Below are positions 1-16,101 of a DNA stretch of 64,000 nucleotides, one piece after another. The DNA lies in assembly GCF_009914755.1 (NCBI RefSeq), contig NC_060926.1; one strand, written 5' to 3'. The number at the start of each line of letters is the position of its first letter. The stretch's first letter is position 1. The notes below the pieces were generated by a model. It did no database searches and had not been told where the DNA came from. It saw only the letters and a list, made by a program, of their open reading frames with translations. The translations under genes and the position numbers were made by a program. Source of the stretch: the human T2T-CHM13v2.0 reference genome, Homo sapiens.

Positions 1-605
1 GCATTCATCTTTGCAAATAAAACAATCCCAAGCTCTTATAATGCACATCATATAAAGGGCAGATTAGTCAACGTATGGTTCAGAAATAATTATGTAATAT
101 TTATAATAAAATTAAAAATTTAGATCCTTAACTCAGATAACAATAATCCAAATTAAAATTTGATTTCATTACATAATTTAAAGTGACACCAGAATACTAG
201 TAAAAATGTAGATTAGTTTATATCATCTTTTTTAGCTGTAGGACTTTATTAGCATAAATTCAAATACAGGAACCAAAGTAAGATTGAGACCTATAGTCAA
301 AGGTTAAAATGTACACATTATAGGGGCATGATTAAACTAATTTAAAGCATAATAACATGGAGAAATATTGCAAAACATACATTTTACTGAATTAATTGTT
401 AATATCTAATCATTATGTGAGAACAAAATTAAAGAGTAGCTACACAGGCACACACCCACACACAAGTGCAATATTGTCAAATAAACGATGTTCAGCTACA
501 CTAGCAATCACACCTGTGTTTTCTCCACAGAAAAGATTAAAAATCACAATAATATTTATTGTACATATGGAGGTGAAGATACTCAAAATATTACCCTAAA
601 ATACA

Positions 606-893
<288 letters not shown>

Positions 894-899
894 AGCTCT

Positions 900-1300
900 T
901 TGACATATTTCAAGATGGCTACTCGGAAGACTGGAGATAGCATCTTCTACAAGAATAGCTGAAAAGCTGTGTTTGTTGGGGAGGTTTGCATTTGTAGAGA
1001 AAATCTGCATTGATATAGACAGGCTTTCCCTGAGATACTCCCTTGTCTGGGTTTAGGAAAGATTAACTGAGCCTGGCACGTTTACATTTCTAAAAACCAT
1101 TTCCTATCTATACTTCCCAAGAGGAGGGCTGCTCCCTTTGAGGTTTCATCCATGTAACAAGACCACCTCTGCTGCCAGGCTCCTCTTTCTTCCTTGTCGT
1201 CACCTGTCTTCCGCAAAGCCTGATTTACCAACCTACAGCTCTGTGTTTTCTGTAACCTCAAGACAGCATAGGCGTGTTGACTACCTTGCCTTTCCTGGAG
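900..1300. mobile_element. Probable ERV1-type LTR fragment (MER34/MER39-like)
   Basis: LTR-like text (tttgcatttgtagagaaaatctgcattgat, ctgtaacctcaaga) resembling this family from memory; family and boundaries uncertain. Confidence 0.35.
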
Positions 1301-2877
1301 TTTTTATATATATAGTATATATTTGTATATCTATTTATAATATACAAATATTTGTATAGATATATTTATATATATTATGTAAACTCCAAGTGCATACTTG
1401 TGCACATATCTGTAAACTTTTTTTCCTGTTAATTTGTACATTATCAGTTTGTTTTATAGACTCAAATAATTAAAGCTCCAAGGGAAAAATTTAAACTTTC
1501 CTATAGAGAAAAGACAAATATATAGGTGACAAATAATATTTAGAGGGTAAGACGCTTTTTAAAGGTATATTTGCAATTTGTGTCAAAACATTTAAATATA
1601 CATTTGTTATTTTGACTATAAAATTTCAAATAATTTAAGCCAAATACATAGTATATGCAGAAAATTTAGCAATATATCTATGTGGCACCTTACTGTGCAT
1701 TACTGTAACCAGCCGTCTAATATAAAGAATTAATTAAGGTAGCACCTACTTTTCAAATAGCGCATTTTTTTCACAGACCTATTAAATAAGACAAATAACA
1801 TTTAAACTTTATTTTTAAATTTGCAGAATAGTAGTTTTCAGCAGATGGTTTATTTTAGCAAATTCCATCTTCACATTGTGCTATGCTTTTATGAGTTCCA
1901 GCTGTTAACGGATACTATTTTACTGCTGAAACTATCATGTGTGATATAATTGCTCATTATGTGTCTTAAAACACAAGCAATATAATTATTTTCAACTTGG
2001 AGCAAATTAAAATCTTATCAGCAATTTAAAAACTCTAGAGTCGTCTTCTTCTGGTTAATTATTTTAAACTTGTATTTTTCTCTTTATGTTTTTAGTGAGT
2101 TGTCTTATCAAGGAGAAGAACTCAAGCTGATTATTCTTTTTTTTCTCTTCCATCCGCCTCGCAGGTGTGTTAATAATTTCATTTCTCAGAAAATGTTCTT
2201 TCATATCCATCTTACAAGATGAGAGACCTTTTAACATCTTCCATTCGGATGTGATACCAGTAATGGAAAATATTCCAGCTTCATGAATATGGTGATACAA
2301 ATAGTTATCCGTCTAACCTCTTTCAGTGCCAAATGTTTACTTTACTCAGTGAATTACTCAGTTGACTGGTAATTTCTTCTGAAATCACTAATGAGAGGAT
2401 CAGAGGTCTGGCTGTTGTCTGTACCTCATATGACTCCCAGTGCAGACAATTGTTTCTATGGAGCACAGACAGTTGAAAGGATTGACTTCCTGCCTAGAAT
2501 AGTTTCTGCTGTGCTTCTTATCCTTCTTGTGGAGATTTCAGATTATCTGAATTGCTTTTCTATCTTGAGAAAAAAACGCAACAATTCTCCCACCTGAGAG
2601 GAATGTAAACTGTAGTAAGTTAGCTGAACCAATCCGTAAAATTTTCACATTGTTTGTTGCAAAATGCAGCGCTGGTGTCTCCATCACTAACCTTTTCTAT
2701 CCCTCATTGCTCTTTCTTTGACTGCACTAGGATACCTCTAGGCAAATCTGTATTCCCGAGACAGAGTGCCCTTTTGGTGAGCTATAAGCACACTCAATGG
2801 TAGGCTGAAATACCAGCTTTTATCTATGGCGAAATGGAATCATATCAGTGATTTTCTTAAAAAGGAAATTTAACTCT

Positions 2878-3060
2878 TGCTATGGTTTGAATGCTTGCCC
2901 CTTCCAATCTCATGTTAAAATTTGATCCCCAATGTTGCAGGTGGGGCTTACTGGGAGGTGTTTGGTCATGGGGTTGGACCTTCATGAATGGATAATACCC
3001 TCCCTTAGAAATCTAAAGCTATCCTCCCTCCTCGGTGCCCTCAGGAATGAGTGTACCATT
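2878..3060. mobile_element. MaLR LTR fragment (MST-like)
   Basis: Begins tgctatggtttgaatg...ctcatgttaaaatttgatccccaatgttgcaggtggggc...gggaggtgtttggtcatgggg, a typical MST/THE1-family LTR terminus. Confidence 0.75.
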
Positions 3061-4639
3061 CTTTATTCACCTGTAATTTCCCCACCCATCCTTTTTGAGA
3101 TATTAATTACATGTATGTTACACTGCTGCATATTGTCTGACGTATCAGTGAGTTTCTGGCTTTCTTATTTTAGTTTACCCTTTGTCCTTTAGTTTGTAAA
3201 GCTTCTATTTTTTTCTATAAATTTTCTGATGTTAGGGTAAAATCCATTACTTATTCAATCTCATGGAATTTTTATTTCAAATATTTTTTTTCCATCTATA
3301 CATGTCACATTTTTCATTTTATAACTTCTATTTTTCTCCTATGTTCAATTTTCATTTAAGTACCTTGACATATATATGTATTTATCTATATGTATTTATA
3401 AAATATATTTACTTTAAGGACCTTGAAATTTCCTTCTTTTCTGTCATTTATAAATGACTTATTTTTATCCTGTTAATATATATCTTAATTATATATATCT
3501 TACGGCTTCTTTGCATGTCAGAGTTTTTTTTTTTGGGGGTATTTTGATGTTATGCTATTGAATATCTAGATTTTATTGGCTACCTTTGAACAATGTTGTG
3601 GCAGGCAGTTCAGTAACTTCAGGATGAGTATTTGTCTGTTGTTGTTTTAAATCTTCTCTTTAAACTTTGTGGAGTTAGTCTAGAGCCATCTGTAATTTGG
3701 AGCTAAATGAGCACTGTCACTACGGCATGAACCTCCAGTGGTCTTTACTGAATATCCTGGAGGTACAGAGGGGATTCCCTTCTCTGGCTTGTCAGAGCTA
3801 ACGTGTCTTCCTGTCATGTGATGCCAGGGAAGTGTTCTTCTTCCAACTCCCTGGTAGAGTCCTTTGGCTTAGGGACTTGGGAGAATCCTTAGGCTGATTC
3901 TTGATTCCTTTTTCTGTAAACGTTCTCTTCTACTACACATTCCAGCTACTTAACCTTTTTTGATTTTTATCTGGTTCCTCAGTGCAATGACAATGTCTGC
4001 TCTCTCTGGGATTCCTCTCTACTGCTGTCACGGAGAATCTGGGAATAAAGCAGGACTCATTCTGCCTCCTTCTCTTCTCTTGCAGAGCAGAGTCCTGCGC
4101 TGCCTGATGTTCAGTACTTCAAAAAAATGTTCCATATATTTTGCCCAGTTTACTATTCTTTAACTCTAAAAGAGTAACTCCAGTCCCAGTTACAGCATCA
4201 TGTTCTGTAACTCTACTCCTTGTTGCTTCATTCTGCCATTGTCTGGTATGATCGCCCCTTTCCCTTCTGTAATCAGGCCAAGAGCATAATATAATACTAT
4301 TTATAACTGCACAGCTTGCCTCCGTTGTGTAAAAAAATCACTGAGACTTAACTGTGTCCAACTTTTAAAATGTGAATATAAGTACAACTAAAGCTATATT
4401 TTGGTTAATATTTGCATTGCATGCTTTTCCATTATTTACTTTCAACATATGTGAAATATGAATATAAATTATAAAAACTTTAAGAGAGTCCATTTAAAAA
4501 ATCTGGTCTGGTTATATTTTACCTGGTTTAATACAACGTGCATTATTGAATTCAGGGTCTAATATAATTGGTACATTTGTCTATTTGCAAAAAAAAAAAA
4601 ACTTGACAATATTTTAAAATTAATTTATCCAACTCACAA

Positions 4640-5320
4640 CTTAAATGCTTCTGCCGTTGTATGGAGGATACATTTTAAACTTTATGAGATAGCATTCTGT
4701 TATACAGTCGATATCCAATTAAATTTCTCTCTATGTTTATTTCTTTCATTAAAAAAATTGTTCTAACTGCAAACTTTCATCAGGGATCATGGCTCTTCTA
4801 CCTGAAGAATAATCTTCAGTATTTCTTTTCCTATGGGTCTGCTTGGGAGAAATTCTTTATTGTATCTTTGCTTTTGATGGATATGTCCACCAAGTAGACA
4901 GTTCTAGGTCAGCACTTATTTTATTTCAGGACTTGAAAGATATCAGTACCTCACTTGTTGGCTTTCGTTGTTTCATTTGAGAAAGTTGTTATCAGTCAAC
5001 TCTTTCTCTTTGTAGTTAGCCCAATTTTTTTTATCTAGTGCTCTTTACATTTTTCTTCTACTTTTCGGAAATTGTCCCATTATGTTTCTAGATGTGTCCT
5101 CTGTGTGTCTTTTCCTTTGCTTTGAAAAGTCTCCTGAACCTGAGGTTTAATATTATTGGCCAATTTTTATAAAACCTCTAACATTGCCACTTAAAATGCT
5201 GTTCAGACAAGCTGTTTTCTCCTTCTTAGATTTCAACGTGTTAGATTATTACTCTGTTCTTCATATTTTTTAAATGACCTTTCTCTACTATTTTTTTAAG
5301 TTGGTTAATCTGTATTAGTG
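4640..5320 (-). mobile_element. Old degenerate L1M fragment
   Basis: T-rich antisense L1M-like text (tttgagaaagttgttatcagtc, gtctgcttgggagaaattcttt); boundaries approximate. Confidence 0.4.
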
Positions 5321-5555
5321 TATATTTTGTTTATTTTATTTTATTTTATTATTATACCTTAAGTTATAGGATACATGTGCACAATGTGCAGGTTTGTAAC
5401 ATAAGTGTTCATGTGCCATGTTGGTGTGCTGCACCCATTAACTTGTCATTTAGCATTAGGCATATCTCCTAATGCTATCCCTCCCCACTCCCCCCACCCC
5501 ACAACAGTCCCCGAAGTGTGATGTTCCCCTTCCTGTGTCCATGTGTTCTCATTGT

Positions 5556-9339
<3,784 letters not shown>

Positions 9340-9402
9340 TATGATGTTAGCTGGTTATTTTGCTCGTTAGTTGATGCAGTTTCTTCCTAGTCTCGATGGT
9401 CT

Positions 9403-10414
9403 TTACAATTTGGCATGTTTTTGCAGTGGCTGGTACCAGTTGTTCCTTTCCATATTTAGTGCTTCCTTCAGGAGCTCTTTTTGGGCAGGCCTGGTGGTGA
9501 TAAAATCTCTCAGCATTTGCTTGTCTGTAAAGGATTTTATTTCTCCTTCACTTGTGAAGGTTAGTTTGGCTGGATATGAAATTCTGGGTTGAAAATTATT
9601 TTCTTTAAGAATGTTGAATATTGGCCCCCACTCTCTTCTGGTTTGAAGAGTTTCTGCTGAGAGATCAGCTGTTAGTCTGATGGGCTTCCCTTTGTGGGTA
9701 ATCCGACCTTTCTCTCTGGCCGCCCTTAACATTTTTTCCTTCATTTCAGCTTTGGTGAATTTGACAATTATGTGTCTTGGAGTTTCTCTTCTTGAGGAGT
9801 ATCTTTATGGCATTCTCTGTATTTCCTGAATCTGAATGTTGGCCTGCCTTGCTAGATTGGGGAAGTCCTCCTGGATAATATCTTGCAGAGTGTTTTCCAA
9901 CTTAGTTCCATTCTCCCCGTCACTTTCAGGTACACCAATCAGACATAGGTTTGGTCTTTTCACATAGTCCCATAATTCCTGCAGGCTTTGTTCATTTCTT
10001 TTTATTCTTTTTTCTCTAAACTTCCCTTCTCCCTTCATTTCATTCATTTCATCTTCCATCACTGATACCCTTTCTTCCAGTTGATTGCATTGGCTCCTGA
10101 GGCTTCTGCCTTCTTCACGTAGTTCTCGAAACTTGGCTTTCAGCTCCATCAGATCCTTTAAGCATTTCTCTGCATTGGTTATTCCAGTTATACATTCGTC
10201 TAATAGTTTTTCAAAGTTTTTAACTTCTTTGCTATTGGTTTGAATTTCCTCCTGTAGCTCGCAGTAGTTTGATCATCTGAAGCCTTCTTCTCTCAAATCG
10301 TCAAAGTTATTCTCTATCCAGTTTTGTTCCATTGCTGGTGAGGAACTGCATTCCTTTGGAGAAGGAGAGGCACTCTGCTTTTTAGGGTTTCCAGTTTTTC
10401 TGTTTTCTCCCCAT
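9403..10414 (-). pseudogene. L1 ORF1 (RNA-binding chaperone), disrupted
   Basis: ATG at 10414 followed by an early small deletion; fragments LWDYVKRPNLCLIGVPE and KPIRLTADLSAETLQ...YQPLQKHAKL* match L1 ORF1p. Confidence 0.93.
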
Positions 10415-11425
10415 CTTTGTGGTTTTATCAACTTTTGGTCTTTGACGATGGTGATGTACAGATGGGTTTTTGGTGTGGGTGTCCTTTCTGTTTGTCAGTT
10501 TTCCTTCTAACAGACACGACCCTCAGCTGCAGGTCTGTTGGAGTTTGCTAGAGGTCCATGCCAGATCCTGTTTGCCTGGGTATCAGCAGCGGTGGCTGCA
10601 GAACAGCGGATTTTCGTGAACCACAAATTCAGCTGTCTGATCATTCCTCTGGAAGTTTGGTCTCAGAGGACTACCCGGCCGAGTGAGGTGTCTGTCTGTC
10701 CCTACTGGAGGGTGCCTCCCAGTTAGGCTGCTCGGGGTTCAGTGACCCACTGTAGGAGGCAGTCTGCCCATTCTCAGATCTCCAGTTGCGTGCTGGGAGA
10801 ACCACTACTCTCTTCAAAGTTGTCAGACAGGGACATTTAAGTCTGCAGAGGTTACTGCTGACTTTTTGTGTGTCTGTGCCCTGCCCCCAGAGGTGGAGCC
10901 TACAGAGGCAGGCAGGCCTCCTGGAGCTGTTGTGGGCTCCACCCAGTTCCAGCTGCCTGGCTGCTTTGTTTACCTAAGAAAGCCTGGGCAATGGCGGGCC
11001 CCACTCCCCCAGCCTCACTGCCGCCTTGCAGTTTAATCTCAGAGTGCTGTCCTAGCAATCAGCAAGACTCCATTGGCATAAGACCCTCTGAGCCAGGTGC
11101 GGGACACAATCTCCTGGTGTGCCGTTTTCCAAGCCTGTTGGAAAAGTACAGTATTAGGGTGAGAGTGACCCTATTTTCCAGGTGTCATCTGTCACCCCTT
11201 TCTTTGACTAGGAAAGGGAACTCCCTGACCCCTTGTGCTTCCCGAGGCAATGCCTCGCCCTGCTTCGGCTCCCACACAGTGCGCTGCACCCACTGTTTTT
11301 CACTCCCTTAGTGAGATGAACCCGGTACCTCAGATGGAAATGCAGAAATCACCCATCTTCTGTGTCGCTCATGCTGGGAGCTGTAGACCAGAGCTGTTCC
11401 TATTCAGCCATCTTGGCTCCACCCC

Positions 11426-11792
11426 TCATTTCATTATTTCATCATTTAATCATTTCACTTCATTTCATCATTTCATTTCATCATTTCACACCATTTCTTC
11501 ATTTCATCATTTCATCTTTTCATTTCATTTCATCATTTCATTTCATTTCACCATTTCACTTCATCATTTCATTTCAGCATTTCATTTCATTTCATTTCAC
11601 CATTTCATTTCATCATTTCATTTCATCATTCCATTTCATCATTTCATCATTTCATCGTTTCATTTCACCATTTCATCTCATCATTTCATTTCATCATTTT
11701 ATCATTTCATTTCATTTCTTCATTTCATCATTTCGTTTCATCATTTCATCATTTCATTTCATGTCATCATTTCATCATTTCATTTCATTTCA
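11426..11792. repeat. (CATTT/CAT)n simple satellite-like tract
   Basis: ~365 bp of CATTT pentamers interspersed with CAT triplets, directly abutting the L1 5' end. Confidence 0.95.
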
Positions 11793-12665
11793 GTGATACA
11801 TGTATTTAAGTGCTAATGTGATGCCCAGGAGACACCCTATTTCCCTTTGTAAAACACCTCCTTCAACAAAAGTCAACCTCTCATCGCTGGCTAAGTCTGC
11901 AGGGATACCAGCCTCTCTTCAACCACCCAGTTTGATTCAGAACCTCAAACAGCACCTCAGTTTCATAAAAACCTAAAACATAAACACAACACTTGGTTGT
12001 ATGTGAGCCAACAGTTTCTTGTCTCTTTCTCTGCTCAAGGCTTAAGGCTGTGTCTCCCCAACTATGTTCAGTGGAAGAAAAGATCCCCTGGACAAATAAG
12101 TTTGAGAACTCTTGTTGCAGGACTTCTGAGAACCTTTAAAACACAAATCCTCATCCGCAGGGATCTTCAGGAGGGAGATGGCTGATGCAGCACAACATTC
12201 TTTCACAGGAGTATCTTGTAGAATACAGTATGAGATACAGAAAGGCTGCATTGAGTCTTTTTAAGGGCCTGGGCCTCTGTGGCATTGGTGTAGGAGCTCT
12301 CCAGATAGCATCTAATGAGTAGGAACATTCAGGTTGCTTTTTTTTTCCCTTACTGGCAAAACTGTGTGTGCATCATGAATGAAGCTGGTGTCCCTTATCC
12401 ATATCAAAACTAAACCCAAATTAATTGGCTAAACTGGGACTCAACACCTCCAGGAGCCATGCAGAAGAAAGCCCCACCACACTTTAAAGTAGCTTACCTC
12501 ATCATATTTGATGAAAGCAAAACGCTTATGACCAGTATGCTGCTAATACAAGTCAACAGATAATGCTGTATGAAAAATTATTTTTCCTAATCATAGCTAC
12601 CATAGTCCACATGTTGCATTACATTTTCTCTTTTTTTAAATTTTAAACACAGGTCCTTTTCTCTC

Positions 12666-12809
12666 CTTTTTTTAAATTTTAATTTAATTATATAAGACGG
12701 AGTCTCAGTATGTTGCCCAGGCTGGTCTTCAACTCCTGAGCTCAAGCGATACATCCGTCTCTGCCTCCCAAAGTGCTGAGATTACAGGCCTGAGACACTG
12801 TGCCCGGCC
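12666..12809 (-). mobile_element. Alu monomer (FLAM/AluJ-like left arm)
   Basis: T-rich tail then gacggagtctcagtatgttgcccaggctggtcttcaactcctgagctcaagcgat...tgtgcccggcc. Confidence 0.85.
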
Positions 12810-13173
12810 TTAAACACAAATCTTAATTCATTCTTACAATTATCCTGGGGTTAGAAAAATGGAAGGGGAAGAAAGATGGCAAGCAGGTAGGCTGACTTCG
12901 GCTTCATTATTTGGAAGGAGAGTTTGCTCGGTTAAAACACACTACTGCCCACAAAAGCCAAGACAACAGAAACATACAGACATATAAATAGATTTTATAT
13001 GTCACAGCGTTTGAATGGAGACTTTTTCAATGCAAATGACAAACAGCTTTCCTTGGGAATAAATGACAACGAATTTTTTTTATCTCAACAGCTGTCCTGA
13101 GAGCACGTCTCTACATCTCTACCTGCATTCTGGAGTCAGGGAGGAAGCCAAAACGGACGAAAAGACACTAGAT

Positions 13174-13366
13174 CAGCCGTGTCCAACCCTTTGACTACAA
13201 GGACTTTCCAGCCTATCTGTGGTGGTGGGTATCATGAAAATTATGCAGAAACCTTTTTTTTTTTTAAGCTCATCAGCTATCATTAGCAGTAGTGTATTTT
13301 ATCTGTGGCCCAGGAGCATTCTTCTTCCAATGTGGCCCTGAGAAGCCAAAAGACTGGACACCTGTG
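13174..13366 (-). mobile_element. MER30-like non-autonomous hAT (Charlie) DNA transposon
   Basis: Imperfect terminal inverted repeats (cagccgtgtccaa / ctggacacctgtg), MER30-like interior, and an exact 8-bp target-site duplication CACTAGAT at 13166-13173 and 13367-13374. Confidence 0.85.
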
Positions 13367-13487
13367 CACTAGATCAAAAGGCTACTCCTTCTGGAAGCAA
13401 TTGTAAAGAATTTCTGACATTATCTTGACATGAAAACCAATGGATAGTGAGACAGAATGCAAAATCTTCAAGAATTTTTCTTGTTGG

Positions 13488-13751
13488 TTTTTTTTTTTTT
13501 TTTTCAGTCAAGGTGTTGCTCTTTGGCCCAGGCTGGAATACACTGGTGAGATCACAGCTCAGTGCAGGCTCAAGTGCTCCTCCCACCTCAGCCACAGTAG
13601 TAGCTAGGACTACAGATGCGCACAACCACTCCTGGCTAATATTTTATTTTTTGTAGAGATGGGGTCTCACTATATTGTCCAGTTTGGTCTCAAACTCCTT
13701 GACTCAAGGGATCCAGGACAGGATAACAGGCGTGAGCCACCACACCTGGCC
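13488..13751 (-). mobile_element. Alu SINE (AluJ-like, diverged)
   Basis: Poly-T then a dimeric antisense Alu ending ggcgtgagccaccacacctggcc; internal deletions. Confidence 0.9.
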
Positions 13752-14214
13752 ACGTGCATGAACTTTTAAGACAAATACAAGGCTCCACAAAAGTTAAGGT
13801 TTTCCCACCTGATTTCCAGGGGATCTTTTGGTGCAAGGATGAGAAACCCTTAAAAGTACACAGACAACTCCAAAGATTCAAGAGAGTTCATTTGGGCTGA
13901 GCCAGCCCACTGGGCAGACTGACCTTCAAACAAGGCCCACCCATGACATACACCAGATAGCTCTCCAAGAATCTCTCCAGTTCTCAGGGTCCCTAAGGTA
14001 CTGGACAGAGCTAGAGAGGCAAACCCATTTGCTTCTTCCTGCACGAAACCCCTTGAGGTCAAGACCCCACAATCAGACGAGGATGGAGTGGCTCACCCTC
14101 AGTCAACAGGCCAGACTCAAGGTGGTATAATGTCTTAACCAAGCGAGTGGGCCTCCAGGTCTGACTCAGTGCTCCTTTAATAACCACTCTTTGTTAATTC
14201 TCCTTAACAGGGGT

Positions 14215-14285
14215 TCCTGGCAAGTCATTTCTCCCTCAGGCCTTCGGTTTCCTCACCTACAAGATGAGAGGGCTGCACCAGATGG
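14215..14285. mobile_element. MIR core fragment
   Basis: ggcaagtcatttctccctcaggccttcggtttcctcacctacaagatgag resembles the MIR core. Confidence 0.55.
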
Positions 14286-14568
14286 AAAATCGGGGGGTAA
14301 GGGGATGTCCGCGCGCAGCCCACCCCGCCCACGGGACCCTCGAGCCTCCATCACAGTTCCCAACACGCACCCGCCCCACAAATCCTGCCCAAGGTGAGGG
14401 CTGGTCCCGGGTCCTCTGGCTGCCGCATCAGCGAGTGCAGGAGGGAGGAGAAGCCTCCAAGGGGGTGATGTGGGCTCAAGGATGCAACTCGGCCAGGAGT
14501 GAACTGGGGCCCAGAGGGAGGTGTCCATTCCGGTGCTGGAGCCCAGCCCTGGTCCCCGACCCCCTTAC

Positions 14569-14799
14569 CTCCACGGTCCGTATCTCCTGCTGGGTGAGGT
14601 CCTTGGACACAGCGCACTTGGTGCGCAGCCCGCGCAGGCTGCCAACGGAGATGCCGATGAGCTTCTGGAGCTGCCCGCACTGCTGCAGTGTCCGGCTGGC
14701 CGCGGCCCCTGCACCTCCCTCCGCGATAGCCGCGTCACCCCCGCCACCGCCCTCCTTCTTCTCTCCCAACGCGGCCGAGCGCAGCGCTGCTCTATGCAG
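14569..14799 (-). pseudogene. KSR1: Duplicated, unprocessed KSR1 coding exon 1 fragment (KSR1P-type pseudogene)
   Basis: 77 open codons, [77 protein letters not shown], match the KSR1 N-terminus as I recall it ([24 protein letters not shown]...[25 protein letters not shown]...[11 protein letters not shown]). Followed by donor GAG|GTAAGG at 14568. Met1 is now CTG and Met11 is now TTG. No further KSR1 exons recognised. Confidence 0.9.
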
Positions 14800-14950
14800 G
14801 CTGCAGCGGCCCAGGAGCAGAGCCCGGGGCGCCAGCGTCTAGGCAAGGAACGCCCGAACCAGGAGAGCTGGACAAGGAGCGCCCCTCGGCGCTGCCTTAG
14901 CCAGGACGCCGGTAGAGCTGGCAGCCGAGTCTGCCGATCCCGCCCTCAGA

Positions 14951-15955
14951 CCCGCGGCGGTGGGGGCAAAAAGCCGCGGTGATGGGGGCAACAAGCCGCG
15001 GTGGCGGGGGCAAAAGCCGCGGCGGCGGAGGCAAAAAGCCGTAAAAAGCCGCAGCGTCGGGGGCAAAAAGCCGCGACGGCGGGGGCAAAAAGTCGCGGTG
15101 GCGGGGGTAAGAAGCCGCGGTGGCGGGGGCAAAAAGCAGGGGCGGGAAAAACCTGCGGCGGTGGGGGAAAAAAGCCCCGGTGGCGGGGACCAAAAGCCCC
15201 AAAAAGCCGCGGCGTTGGGTGCCAAAAGCCGCAAAAAGCCGCGGCGGAGGGGGCCAAAAGCCGCGGCGGCAAAAAGCCACGACAGCGGGGACATAAAGCC
15301 GCAAAAACCCTCAGAGGCAGGGGCAGAAAGCCGCCGCTGTGGGGGTAAAAAGCCGCGGCGAGGGGGGCAAGAAGCCGCGGCGGCAAAAACCCGCGGCGGG
15401 GGGTTCAAAAAGCGGCTGGGGTGATAAAAAGCCACGGTGGCGGAGGCAGGAAGCCGCGTAGGGGGCAAGGAGCCGCGGCTGCGGGGGCAAAACGCCGCGG
15501 TGGCAGGGACAAATAGCAGCAAAAAGCCGCGGCGCAAAAAGCCCGGGCGGTGGGGGCAAGAAGCCGCGGCAGGAAAAACCCGCGGCGGCAAAAAGCCGCA
15601 AAAAGCCGCGGCGCCGGGGGCCAAAAGCCATAAAAAGCCGCGGCGGAAAAAGTCGCGGTGGCGGGGGCAAAAAGCTGCGGCAGCAGGGGGAAAAAAGCCG
15701 CCGCGGCGGGGGGAGAAAGACGCAAAAAGCCGCGGCAGCAAAAAGCCGCGGCGGCGAGGGCAAAGAGCCCCAAAAAGCCACGGCGGCAGGGGCTAAATTC
15801 CGCGAGGCCGGGGGCAGAAAGCCGCGGTGGCAGGGGCAGAAAGCCGCGGTGGCGGGGGCAGAAAGCAACGGCGGCGGGGGCAAAAAGTCGCAAAAACCCG
15901 CAGTGGCGGGGGCAAAAATCCATGGCGGCAAAAAGCCGCGTCTGCGGGTGCAAAA
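14951..15955. repeat. GC-rich tandem repeat (GGGGGCAAAAAGCCGCGGCGGC)n, CpG-island-like, pericentromeric duplicon-associated
   Basis: ~1 kb of degenerate 12-23 bp units built on AAAAGCCGCGG plus G-runs; very CpG dense and T-poor on the + strand. Confidence 0.93.
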
Positions 15956-16101
15956 CAGTGGAAATGGGGTAGAAGGCCAGCACAGCTTGGCATTCCTGAA
16001 GTGTGATGTGGAAGGAAAAGTGCAGAGGAAGACAAACAAAGATGTAAGTAGGCTTGACTCAGTGCAGCTAAGAACCCAGATGTTATCTTGATGTTATCTA
16101 T

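Noticed and set aside
11235-11816. His/Phe/Ile/Ser-rich ORFs
   Set aside because: Translation of the (CATTT)n tract.
14569-14799. Assigning this copy to the annotated KSR1P1 locus or a specific chromosome
   Set aside because: Pericentromeric duplicons are typically multi-copy; the location cannot be fixed without alignment.
14839-16091. Long overlapping Arg/Pro/Ala/Lys-rich ORFs (up to 300 aa)
   Set aside because: They arise from a stop-poor GC-rich tandem repeat open in most frames; no domain or gene structure.
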